Positions 1 to 8,898 of a stretch of 64,000 bases of DNA are shown here, one piece after another. Where the stretch lies: assembly GCA_963768055.1 (NCBI GenBank), contig CAVYGN010000001.1, positions 1,024,001-1,088,000 on the forward strand. Direction: 5' to 3'. Under the pieces are notes generated by a model. It was not told where the DNA came from, did no database searches, and saw only the letters and a list, made by a program, of their open reading frames with translations. The stretch is from an uncultured Spirochaetota bacterium (lineage in GTDB: Bacteria > Spirochaetota > Brevinematia > Brevinematales > JAOACQ01). Made by a program: the position numbers and the translations under genes. Every line of letters begins with the position of its first letter. The first letter of the stretch is position 1.

Positions 1-261
1 AAGGTCCTTGGTTTCCATGGTGATAAGTTTATAAGATTTCTCGACTTTCATTTCCTCGGGGGTATAAAACAGCACTTCCAGCCTTTCCGACTTGAGCTGC
101 TCGATGAGGCTCTCGGTTACAGGTTCGTCCTTATTGATCTTTTTGACCCCTCCGCTTGTAAAAGCGTCGGCCTCCAGTATCATTCCCGGAAGAAGGGTTT
201 CGACATGTATCTCGAGAAGTACCTGGTCGTTATTCGGATTCTCGGAGATATCGGGAACCAT
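1..261 (-). CDS. N-terminal part (truncated by window edge) of a probable HD-GYP-type signalling protein
   Basis: Manual translation MVPDISENPNNDQVLLEIHVETLLPGMILEADAFTSGGVKKINKDEPVTESLIEQLK... resembles the 'V..L.PGM.L..D' N-terminal module seen ahead of HD-GYP domains. The catalytic domain would lie outside the window. Confidence 0.45.
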   Translation of the reverse strand, partial: MVPDISENPNNDQVLLEIHVETLLPGMILEADAFTSGGVKKINKDEPVTESLIEQLKSERLEVLFYTPEEMKVEKSYKLITMETKDL

Positions 262-339
262 CAGATTAAACGGTCCATTTTAAAACCCCCCTAAAATATT
301 ATATTATTAAGTTACAAAAAATTCAAATATGGGTCAAGC

Positions 340-1626
340 TCAATCTATTTCTTCGACCATCACATCGGATAGCCAGATGTCGCCGTAGGATTTGCCGAGG
401 TCGAATTCAAACTGTGCGTTTGTATCCGTATGTGCAGTCATCCTGAATGAAAATATATAATTTTTCATAACTTTATCAATAGGGATTCTTTTCGGCACAT
501 CAAATTCTGTAGTATTCGGACTTCCCCAATATGTTTGGTTCGGGTCCCTACCAGCAAATTGTCTATGGATCTTCGCATAAATATCCTCTGTATCGGAGGC
601 CCTCGCCTTAAAAGAAATCCTGTAACGCTTACCGGTCTCGATATTTAAAAAAGAGGTGTTTAATACATGGTCCCACCAATTCCCGCTACCCCTGTATTTG
701 AATTTAATATGGCACTCTCCGTTTTCAAGCGTTAACATCAGGCCGGAGGACTGCCGCCATGTTTTATTGCTGAAAAAAGTATTTCTATCGAATTCAGCGT
801 TCTTTATAAGATTCACCCTGTAATTCGTGGCGCTGAAGTTCGCCGATTCCCCGGGCTTTAAATTCACAACTGCGCCTGCGAGCAGCCTGCCGTCGAAGAA
901 CCGCCTGATCGCGACCTTGTAGCCCGTTCCCGATATTATCTTCATGTTGAGATGGAAATCGTTGGAAACAGGCTCGGCTACAAGCCTGTGGTTGATAAAT
1001 ATCCCGATCTCCTCTTTTCCCGTGTCGAAATTGCCGAAGTTCAGGTACGCTATCTTCATTTCCTCGTTAAGCATCGCCCTGACCATCTTCGACAGCATCG
1101 TGTCGACGGCGTCGAAAAGGTCCTCGTCCGTAGGCGTGGTGAGGCTGTTCGTCATTATCGATCCCGTGAATTTATTCCATATCTTGAGATTCACTGCCGC
1201 GTCGGGTTTCGATTTCGGCCCTGTAAGTCTGTAATCCCCGAAAACGATAAAATCGCACTGGTTCTGTTTTCCAATGTCCGAAACGCTGTCCTCCAGGGGA
1301 TTCATATTTAAAAGCACGCTTTTATCCGGAAGGTCGATAGACGGGAGGACCGAGAAAAGATTGTAGAACGAGGAGAAAAATATGGTCCTGTAGATCTCGG
1401 GATTGGGGTAAGCCCCTTCCTTCGATCTGTTTTCAAACGGGGTAATAAGGATCTTATGCTTGACAACGGCCTCCGCCTCGGTTTCCTGCTTTTCGAGGAA
1501 AGAGGCGTTGACGTTAGTGTCGGACCCCTTTTCCTGGTTCTCTTTTGTCAGCGCGGTCTGTTCGGCGCAGGATGAAAGCATGATGCTCAATAGGAAGGAA
1601 AAAACCAAAAGAAATATGGATTTCAT
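340..1626 (-). CDS. Lipoprotein with an N-terminal TolB-N/CsgG-like domain and a C-terminal carbohydrate-binding (CBM4/9-like) domain
   Basis: Lipobox MLSS-C after a hydrophobic stretch (start moved to MKSIFLL at 1626). ILITPFENRS motif. C-terminal NLIKNAEF...GKRYRISFKARA...FEFDLG...IWLSDVMV is typical of CBM4/9. Confidence 0.6.
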   Translation of the reverse strand: MKSIFLLVFSFLLSIMLSSCAEQTALTKENQEKGSDTNVNASFLEKQETEAEAVVKHKILITPFENRSKEGAYPNPEIYRTIFFSSFYNLFSVLPSIDLPDKSVLLNMNPLEDSVSDIGKQNQCDFIVFGDYRLTGPKSKPDAAVNLKIWNKFTGSIMTNSLTTPTDEDLFDAVDTMLSKMVRAMLNEEMKIAYLNFGNFDTGKEEIGIFINHRLVAEPVSNDFHLNMKIISGTGYKVAIRRFFDGRLLAGAVVNLKPGESANFSATNYRVNLIKNAEFDRNTFFSNKTWRQSSGLMLTLENGECHIKFKYRGSGNWWDHVLNTSFLNIETGKRYRISFKARASDTEDIYAKIHRQFAGRDPNQTYWGSPNTTEFDVPKRIPIDKVMKNYIFSFRMTAHTDTNAQFEFDLGKSYGDIWLSDVMVEEID

Positions 1627-1800
1627 ATAAAATGCCCCCTTATAATACATTGCGATCCTTCAATTTTGCAATAAATGATTGAACAAATATTAAACGGAAG
1701 AGAAAAAAATATCAAGCCGGATTGTTAAATTAAGCCGGAAAAATTGAGATAAGGGGGATTATCCATTAGAATATTGGGGTTTGAATATTAGAGAGGGCTT

Positions 1801-3513
1801 ATGAATGATAAAGACAACCCGGTTAAAACCGGCGTAAATTTTATCCATGCAGTTATCAACGATGATATCGAAAGCGGTAAGTATAAAGGTATGGTCCATA
1901 CCCGTTTTCCCCCCGAACCTAACGGCTATCTCCATATAGGACATGCCAAATCGATCTGCCTGAATTTCGGGACCGCCGAAAAGTACGGCGGCTTATGCAA
2001 TCTGCGTTTCGACGATACAAACCCCTCTAAAGAGGAAACAGAGTATGTGGATTCAATAATGCAGGACGTCAGGTGGCTCGGTTTCGACTGGGAGGACAGG
2101 CTGTTCTATGCCTCGGATTATTATGGCAAGCTTTATGAATACGCCTTAAAGTTGATCAAGAATGGAAAAGCCTATGTCTGCGATCTTACCGCAGATGAGG
2201 TTAGGAAATACCGGGGCACTTTGAAGGAACCCGGCGCCGACAGCCCTTACCGGAATAGAAGCATCGAAGAAAACCTCGATCTTTTCGACCGGATGAAAAG
2301 GGGTGAATTTCCCGACGGATTCAGGACACTGCGCGCAAGGATAGATATGTCGTCTCCCAATCTGAATATGAGGGACCCTGTTATCTACCGGATACTCAGG
2401 AGCGCCCATCACCGCACAGGGGACGAGTGGTGCATATACCCGATGTACGATTATGCCCATCCGATATCGGACGCTCTCGAAGGGATAACCCATTCTATCT
2501 GCACCCTGGAGTTCGAAGACCACCGCCCTCTTTACGACTGGGTCCTGGTCTCACTGAATTTCGACCCGAGGCCCCAGCAGATCGAGTTTGCCAGGCTCGA
2601 CCTTACATATACGGTTATGAGTAAGAGGAAACTGCTTGAGCTTGTAAGGGGCGGTTTTGTCAGCGGGTGGGACGATCCCAGGATGCCGACATTATCCGGG
2701 CTCAGGAGGCGGGGTTACACGCCTTCAGCAATCCGCGACTTCTGTGAACGCATCGGTGTGGCAAAAGCCAACAGCGTTGTCGATTTTTCCCTCCTTGAAC
2801 ATTGCCTGAGGGAGGATCTCAATAAGAAGGCTCCGAGAAGGATGGCGGTACTTAACCCTCTCCGTGTAGTCATTGATAATTATCCCGAAGGGCTTGTCGA
2901 GGAATTCGAAGCGGAGAACAATCCGGAGGACGATTCTGCCGGCAAGAGGATAATTCCCTTTTCAAGGGTATTATATATAGAAAAGGAAGATTTCCGCGAG
3001 GACCCGCCCAGGGACTTTTTCAGGCTGGCGCCGGGCAGGGAGATCAGGCTTAAGCATGCTTATTATATCAAATGCCTGAGCGTAATTAAAGATAAAAAGA
3101 CAGGGGAACCGTCCGAACTTCATTGCACTTACGATCCGGGTTCGAAAGGGGGATGGTCTTCCGACGGCAGGAAGGTTATGGGGACTTCGCACTGGGTGTC
3201 GGCCAGGCATGCCGTGGATATCGAGGTGCGTATTTACGATCATTTGTTTACAAAGGAGAACCCCGGCGAGGAAAAAGAAGGGCATGACTACAAGGATTAT
3301 ATAAATCCCGATTCCCTTAAAATATTTAAAGAGTGCAAGGGCGAACCCTCGTTAGGGGGAGTCAAACCAGGTGAAATCCTTCAATTCCTGAGACAGGGAT
3401 ATTTCTGTGCCGATCCTGATTCATCAAATGGAAAACCCTGTTTTAACAGGACCGTATCACTTAACGATCCCTGGGCTAAAAAGCAGAAAAAGGGTCCCTT
3501 ATTGAGTGCTTGA
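1801..3513 (+). CDS. glnS: Glutaminyl-tRNA synthetase
   Basis: [18 protein letters not shown] (HIGH), [15 protein letters not shown] and QFLRQGYF motifs. Confidence 0.98.
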   Translation: MNDKDNPVKTGVNFIHAVINDDIESGKYKGMVHTRFPPEPNGYLHIGHAKSICLNFGTAEKYGGLCNLRFDDTNPSKEETEYVDSIMQDVRWLGFDWEDRLFYASDYYGKLYEYALKLIKNGKAYVCDLTADEVRKYRGTLKEPGADSPYRNRSIEENLDLFDRMKRGEFPDGFRTLRARIDMSSPNLNMRDPVIYRILRSAHHRTGDEWCIYPMYDYAHPISDALEGITHSICTLEFEDHRPLYDWVLVSLNFDPRPQQIEFARLDLTYTVMSKRKLLELVRGGFVSGWDDPRMPTLSGLRRRGYTPSAIRDFCERIGVAKANSVVDFSLLEHCLREDLNKKAPRRMAVLNPLRVVIDNYPEGLVEEFEAENNPEDDSAGKRIIPFSRVLYIEKEDFREDPPRDFFRLAPGREIRLKHAYYIKCLSVIKDKKTGEPSELHCTYDPGSKGGWSSDGRKVMGTSHWVSARHAVDIEVRIYDHLFTKENPGEEKEGHDYKDYINPDSLKIFKECKGEPSLGGVKPGEILQFLRQGYFCADPDSSNGKPCFNRTVSLNDPWAKKQKKGPLLSA

Positions 3514-3518
3514 TCGAT

Positions 3519-4496
3519 TCAATCTCCTTTTCCGGCGGGCTTATTGCCGATTACAGCCTGTAAAATCTTGAATTTATCGATCAGTGCAAATATAACAAGG
3601 ATTGCCAATGAGGCCAGCAATACCATTACAGTCATGATCAGGTAGTATTTGACCGACCATTCGAAGGAGATTTTGATAAGTTTGATCAGTGAAAAACTCT
3701 CCCTGTAATTGTTTTCATAAAGGGTTATTTTTACAGTACAGAGTTCGTTTTCTTCAGAATATTGCCCGAGAGTCACCCCCAATTCCTGGAGCTGTTTTTC
3801 GATTTCCTGTATTTTATATTCCAGGTCGATCTCCTCCGACAATTTTCCTCCCTTGGACCTGAGTAAAATAAGGGAATCGCGCATATTTTCCAGGGATTTT
3901 CTCTGCGCGTTTATATCCTTGTATTCGCTGGTTTTATCTGTTTTATTGATTTCGATCGATTTAAGGTTCCCGATCTTTTTTACCTCTTCGAGCATCGCAT
4001 CGAAATTATCGGGGGGCACTCCGATGGATATGTTAAGAAACCGGGAACCCTTTAATCCTGTATTGTTTTCGAATTGTATGACCGAATTGAATTTTTTTAT
4101 AGTGTCGCGGAGGTCTTTGTCCGACTTTTCGAAATCCTTGGTTTCATTTACAAGCGAAGCAACCTTTTCATATTTCTGATCGACGTTTATAAATTGCGGC
4201 TGTAATCCTGCTACTGCCGACTCTTTCTGTATCTTCCTTTTATAACTGGCGAAATTACTCTTGAGATAAGAGTTCTGGCGGACCTGGGGTTCTTCGGTAT
4301 TAACAGCGGTATTAAGGTTCTGTCCTTGATTCTGGGGTACATACTCCTGGCCCCAGTATCCCGACTGGCTATAATAATTCGAATTATAAACCGATACTCC
4401 CTCTTTCATCGAAAGGCCGTAAAGAATGCGGAGAACCAGAAATAGAACGAAAGCGAGAGCATAAAACAGGATTCCGATCGGTATTCTTTTTTTCAT
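3519..4496 (-). CDS. DUF4349-family membrane-anchored coiled-coil protein
   Basis: N- and C-terminal TM segments. The IGVPPDNFDAMLEEVKKIG...DKTSEYKD...coiled coil...TVKITLYE pattern fits DUF4349. Confidence 0.7.
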   Translation of the reverse strand: MKKRIPIGILFYALAFVLFLVLRILYGLSMKEGVSVYNSNYYSQSGYWGQEYVPQNQGQNLNTAVNTEEPQVRQNSYLKSNFASYKRKIQKESAVAGLQPQFINVDQKYEKVASLVNETKDFEKSDKDLRDTIKKFNSVIQFENNTGLKGSRFLNISIGVPPDNFDAMLEEVKKIGNLKSIEINKTDKTSEYKDINAQRKSLENMRDSLILLRSKGGKLSEEIDLEYKIQEIEKQLQELGVTLGQYSEENELCTVKITLYENNYRESFSLIKLIKISFEWSVKYYLIMTVMVLLASLAILVIFALIDKFKILQAVIGNKPAGKGD

Positions 4497-4900
4497 AAAA
4501 TGCTCCCCGGTTTGAAAAGTTTAATAGCTTCTTCGTTAAGAAGCGTCCATATACTGTATACTCCGAGGGCTGTACCGACGGGTACATGCAGTAAATTAAA
4601 AAAAGAAATGATAAGGACAAGGATCCTTCCCCATTCCCTTTTTTCTAGCAGGCCTATGCTTCCAGTAATACCTGTTATTGCGAAAATCAAAACAATTGCC
4701 GCTATGGAAGCCATGACGATGGAGACTATATCCATTAATTCCCGGGGGATTTTATCAGGGTCTAAAACGCCGATCTTAACACAATATGAAACGATGTGAG
4801 GGAATAAGGCGGAAATAATTATCAGGATCAGCCCGCCGCAAAAAAAGATCGATGAGTAAACGATATTCAGGATCCCCGTAAGTCTGATATGATTTTCCAT
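4493..4900 (-). CDS. Small multi-pass membrane protein of unknown function
   Basis: Three to four hydrophobic helices and a WGRIL...PVGTALGVYSIWTL motif. ATGA overlap with the downstream gene. GGAG RBS. Confidence 0.75.
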   Translation of the reverse strand: MENHIRLTGILNIVYSSIFFCGGLILIIISALFPHIVSYCVKIGVLDPDKIPRELMDIVSIVMASIAAIVLIFAITGITGSIGLLEKREWGRILVLIISFFNLLHVPVGTALGVYSIWTLLNEEAIKLFKPGSIL

Positions 4901-5002
4901 ATGAAACTCCCGTTTTTAATATAATAACAGTAAGCCAATTTTAAAATATTTTCAAGTCGGGAGGCTAAGATAATTATCTCTTAAAAATTTTTTTTAAATC
5001 TA

Positions 5003-5051
5003 TTGACAAAGTGAACAAATAGTAATACACTATATTTAGTAATACTAAATA
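5003..5051 (+). promoter_or_regulatory. Sigma70 promoter and palindromic operator of the PadR operon
   Basis: TTGACA(5003-5008)-17 bp-TACACT(5026-5031), followed by the perfect inverted repeat TATTTAGTA-A-TACTAAATA (5033-5051). Confidence 0.7.
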
Positions 5052-5073
5052 CCTTGCAAAAAAGGGTATATTA

Positions 5074-5436
5074 ATGAGTGAAACAAATATTCAACTTAAA
5101 AAGGGTGTTATAGAGATATTGATCTTAAAACTTTTAAGCCGGGAGAAAATGTACGGTTACCAGCTTATGCAGGAACTCGATATTAAAAGCCGCGGTTTTT
5201 TTAAAATGAAGGAGGGGACGCTTTACCCGGTTTTATATCGCCTGGAGGACGGAGGGTTTATTACGAGTCTATGGGAAGAACCGGACCGCAGCAGTGTTGA
5301 AAAACGATCGGTGCCCAGGAAATACTACCGGATCACTAAAGAAGGACTTGTCGAACTTAACAAACTGATATCGGATCTAGAACAATTATTTAGCGGAATT
5401 AACCTCATTCTGAAGGAGGGACCTGAAAATGGATGA
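5074..5436 (+). CDS. PadR-family transcriptional regulator
   Basis: LKKGVIEILIL...MYGYQL...EGTLYPVLYRLE...RKYYRITKEG. Confidence 0.95.
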   Translation: MSETNIQLKKGVIEILILKLLSREKMYGYQLMQELDIKSRGFFKMKEGTLYPVLYRLEDGGFITSLWEEPDRSSVEKRSVPRKYYRITKEGLVELNKLISDLEQLFSGINLILKEGPENG

Positions 5437-6211
5437 CAGGATCGAAAGTTACATTAACCGCGTTATCGATGGGATAGTAGTCGGCGATAAGCTTAAAAAG
5501 CGGATCGCACAGGACTTGCGTTCGCATATCACGGATGCTTCGATAAATCAGAACATTGATGATGTGCTCGGCAGGATGGGGGATCCGGCAAGGGTTTCCG
5601 CCGAGTTTATGGATTCCGTCTATGAAAATAAAAGCGAAGTGATAAAACGCCTGGTCCGGGAGCGTCTCAGGGTAAGCCGGCTGCTTACAGATTATTTTGA
5701 ATACAGCAGCAAAATCTCTTTTTTTGGGCTTCCGTTACTTCATATTAAGTTTCGGAGGCACCTTAACGCAAAACCCGCCACGGCCAGAGGGATCGTTGCC
5801 ATTGGAAACCGGGCTATTGGAGCGGTGGCGGTTGGAAGGTTTTGCTTCGGCGGTTTATGTTTCGGCATGTTTCCGGTCGGTTTGGTCGCCTTCGGATCTT
5901 TCAGCAGCGGAGTAATTGCATTCGGCGGTTTCGCATTAGGGATATGTGCACTGGGCGGTATAACCCTCGGAATACTGGCCGTCGGCGGTTTTGCTTTCGG
6001 CCTCAGCGCATTCGGCGGTTTTGCCTTCGGCTTAATTTCAGGAGGGGGGTTTGCAAGGGGAGTGGTCGCCATGGGGGGGCACACTATGGGGCAATATATA
6101 GGAAATCCGGGTTCATCAAATGAAATCAAGGCGCTTATCCGGCTGGCATACCCCCATATCAGCGGTTGGATCCTCGATATTATTGTTTTCTTCAAATTTC
6201 TTTATATATGA
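5429..6211 (+). CDS. Membrane protein with a HAAS-like N-terminus and Gly-rich GxxAxG repeats
   Basis: YINRVI...RIAQDLRSHI...MGDPARVSAEF is HAAS-like and typical next to PadR. It is followed by a long run of 5-residue Gly-periodic repeats. Confidence 0.7.
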   Translation: MDDRIESYINRVIDGIVVGDKLKKRIAQDLRSHITDASINQNIDDVLGRMGDPARVSAEFMDSVYENKSEVIKRLVRERLRVSRLLTDYFEYSSKISFFGLPLLHIKFRRHLNAKPATARGIVAIGNRAIGAVAVGRFCFGGLCFGMFPVGLVAFGSFSSGVIAFGGFALGICALGGITLGILAVGGFAFGLSAFGGFAFGLISGGGFARGVVAMGGHTMGQYIGNPGSSNEIKALIRLAYPHISGWILDIIVFFKFLYI

Positions 6212-6237
6212 ATTTGTTTACTGGGAGGTAACTCAAT

Positions 6238-7137
6238 ATGACAATGGTAGAATCGGATCATATAGTCAAGAGCTTTTCCGGGAAGACGGCTGTAAACGAT
6301 CTTTCCTTTACTATTGCAGAAGGTGAAATATTTGGCCTTATCGGTCCTAACGGAGCAGGTAAAAGCACTACCATCAAGCTGATACTCGATTTCATCAAAC
6401 CCGATTCAGGCAGCATTAAAATGCTCGGTGGCAATACATTCAATGAAAATATGAAAAATCAAATCGGCTATCTGCCTGAAGAGAGAGGGCTTTACAAAAA
6501 ATTGCCGGCGATCGATCTTATAATTTACCTCGCCTCCCTTAAAGGTATGGACAGGCGCAAGGCAGAGAAAAAGGCGGACGAACTTCTCCGGCAAACCGGG
6601 ATGCTGTCAAATAAAAAAATGAAAATCGGGGAAATGAGCAAGGGCATGGGTCAGATTATACAATTGATCGTCACTATTATCCATGACCCGAATTTGATTA
6701 TTCTGGACGAACCTTTCTCAGGCCTTGACCCTGTAAATACCGATCTTTTGAAGAGATTGCTCATAGGCTTAAGGGATCGGGGCAAGGCCATTATCCTGAG
6801 CACGCACCGGATGAATGACGTTGAGGAGCTCTGCGACCGTGTACTTATGATAAATAACGGATGCGCCGTTCTGTACGGAGATCTTAAAGAAATCAAATCG
6901 GGATATGGAAACCATTCGGTTCTTGTGGATATTGAGGGTGAAACCGGGGAATTGCCGGGGGTAATAGAGAAAAGGCAGCATAAAGGCTTTGTTGAATTGG
7001 TACTGGATAAGGATACTACACCCCGTCATATTCTTGAAAAACTGTTCAAAAGCGGAATAACTGTAAACCGCTTTGAGTCGGCTGCTCTTTCTTTAAATGA
7101 TATATTCTTGAAAAAGGTGGGAAAATATGATCAATAA
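6238..7137 (+). CDS. ABC transporter ATP-binding protein (ABC-2, YhaQ/NatA-like)
   Basis: Walker A GPNGAGKST, GYLPEERGLY, signature MSKGM, Walker B IILDEPFSGLDP, H-loop STH. Confidence 0.95.
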   Translation: MTMVESDHIVKSFSGKTAVNDLSFTIAEGEIFGLIGPNGAGKSTTIKLILDFIKPDSGSIKMLGGNTFNENMKNQIGYLPEERGLYKKLPAIDLIIYLASLKGMDRRKAEKKADELLRQTGMLSNKKMKIGEMSKGMGQIIQLIVTIIHDPNLIILDEPFSGLDPVNTDLLKRLLIGLRDRGKAIILSTHRMNDVEELCDRVLMINNGCAVLYGDLKEIKSGYGNHSVLVDIEGETGELPGVIEKRQHKGFVELVLDKDTTPRHILEKLFKSGITVNRFESAALSLNDIFLKKVGKYDQ

Positions 7138-8347
7138 GACATATTTGATTTTTAAACATGAATTCCTGTACACGATAAAAAGAACCGGGTTTATAATTAT
7201 GACCCTTTTTGTGCCTTTAATAGCGCTTCTGTTTATTGGGATCGGACGTCTCGAATCAACCTATAACAATCCGCCGGTAATGGAAATAAAAACCATCGGA
7301 TATATTGATGAGGCGGGTAAATTTGACCGTTATAATACTCAGGAACATCTGAAGCTGATTCGTTTTAATACCGCGGAAGACGCCATGCAAGCCCTCATCA
7401 GAAAAAATGTTTCGGAATATTTTGTGATTCCCGCGGATTATACTTTGGGCGGGACGATTCATCGATATACTCTTGAGAAAGAGGTGGATACGCCCCCTGT
7501 CGTGAAAGAAGCTATTAAAAATTTTCTCACCGGCAATCTCCTTTCCGGCAAAGTGCCTTCAGGCATAATAGCGCTGATAGAGTCCCCCTTGAACCTTAAG
7601 GTTACACGGCTTACTAAAACAGGGTCTGTTGCCATTGAACAAAGCGGATTCGGAAATCTTATCATTCCCGGAGTTTTCAGCTTTCTTCTGGCCTTCTCCC
7701 TAATGTTCTTTTCGAGCTATTTGATCCATGGGCTGGGCGAAGAAAAGGAGAGCCGTTTGATCGAGGTATTGTTATCGTCTGTTTCCATCCGGCAGTTACT
7801 TATCGGCAAGGTTTTGGCATTGGGTGCAGCCGGGCTTTTGCAGGTTTTAATCTGGCTGATTTCTGCGCCCCTATTATTAAACCTGGCCTTATCCTCTTTC
7901 AGTGTCCTTATCGGCGGTATGCAGATTCCGGCCAATTTCCTTATCCTGGGAACAGTCTATTTTATCCTGGGATATTTATTGTTTGCGGTGATTTCTTTAG
8001 GAATCGGCGCAGTCAGTCCGAATACGCGGGTAGGGCAGCAGTTGTCATTGATTTATACGCTTTTAGGCTATGCGCCCCTCTGGTTCTTATCATTACTGAT
8101 ATTCTTTCCGAAAAGCCCTGTCTGGGTTTTCCTGACAATATTCCCGGTCACGGCTCCAGTTCAGACTATGTTAAGGCTGGGCGTAACGGATATTCCTCCA
8201 TGGGAACTGGCGGCCAGTATAGCGGTGATGGTACTTTCAATATTCGGGTGCCTGCTTCTGTCTATCAAGGTTTTCAGGGTTAATTTACTTATGTACGGGA
8301 AAAAGCCGGTTTTTGGAGAAATTATTCACAACATAAGAAAGGGATAA
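7127..8347 (+). CDS. ABC-2 type permease (YhaP/NatB-like)
   Basis: EEKESRLIEVLLSSV...GKVL motif; 1+5 TM topology with a large external loop. Confidence 0.92.
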   Translation: MINKTYLIFKHEFLYTIKRTGFIIMTLFVPLIALLFIGIGRLESTYNNPPVMEIKTIGYIDEAGKFDRYNTQEHLKLIRFNTAEDAMQALIRKNVSEYFVIPADYTLGGTIHRYTLEKEVDTPPVVKEAIKNFLTGNLLSGKVPSGIIALIESPLNLKVTRLTKTGSVAIEQSGFGNLIIPGVFSFLLAFSLMFFSSYLIHGLGEEKESRLIEVLLSSVSIRQLLIGKVLALGAAGLLQVLIWLISAPLLLNLALSSFSVLIGGMQIPANFLILGTVYFILGYLLFAVISLGIGAVSPNTRVGQQLSLIYTLLGYAPLWFLSLLIFFPKSPVWVFLTIFPVTAPVQTMLRLGVTDIPPWELAASIAVMVLSIFGCLLLSIKVFRVNLLMYGKKPVFGEIIHNIRKG

Positions 8348-8400
8348 GTTCTTTTCCCGGATTTTGCCGCATATCCTTCAGGAAACCGAAGGAGAAAATT

Positions 8401-8750
8401 ATGGGCTTACTCTTTAAAATAAGTTTCAGGATCCGGCCATAACCGTCGGAATGATGATACTTGTAGCGACAAGTTCGTTCATAAAGGGCCTGACAGACGT
8501 CATATTAAATAAGCTGCTGGTATATTCATACGGCCATGTCTCGATCAACGGCTACGAGAACGGAAGTCTCCAGAATTCGGTAATAAGGGACAGGGACAGG
8601 ATCGTAAAAATAATCAAGAGCGTGAAGGGTGTTTATGCGGTTAACGATTACCTTTACGTTTACACAAGGGTCGTCGGCAAAGGCAAATCGGGAATGCTTA
8701 CGCTTTTCGGCATGTTTCAGATCTTCAACAAGATATATTTGAAAACTTGA
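8401..8750 (+). pseudogene. Degraded fragment of a LolE/MacB-type (FtsX-like) ABC permease
   Basis: AAGGAG RBS, then MGLLFKISFR, a frameshift, then AITVGMMILVATSSFIKGL...YGHVSI. The ORF stops after about 110 codons, far short of a full permease. Confidence 0.65.
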
Positions 8751-8790
8751 GCAAGTGATCATACCTTTCTTCTTCTTAAACCTGAAGCTC

Positions 8791-8818
8791 TTGACAGAAA
8801 TATTATTTGTGATACAAT
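8791..8818 (+). promoter_or_regulatory. Sigma70 promoter upstream of the tandem kinases
   Basis: TTGACA(8791-8796)-16 bp-TACAAT(8813-8818) with an extended TGn motif. Confidence 0.6.
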
Positions 8819-8898
8819 ATAAAATCAATTCGAACAATAAATACTTAACCATATCTAAGTAAAAAATTAATAATCAAACTATCTTGCGGAGCTTATAG

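Noticed and set aside
1714..1739. Direct repeat AAGCCGGA x2 upstream of glnS; possible T-box
   Set aside because: The repeat is only 8 bp, and there is no room or motif for a T-box leader.
5697..6195. Overlapping and antisense ORFs here and throughout the track (for example 8526-8852, 16404-16934, 21415-22149)
   Set aside because: They are shadows of well-supported genes, with no RBS or motif support.
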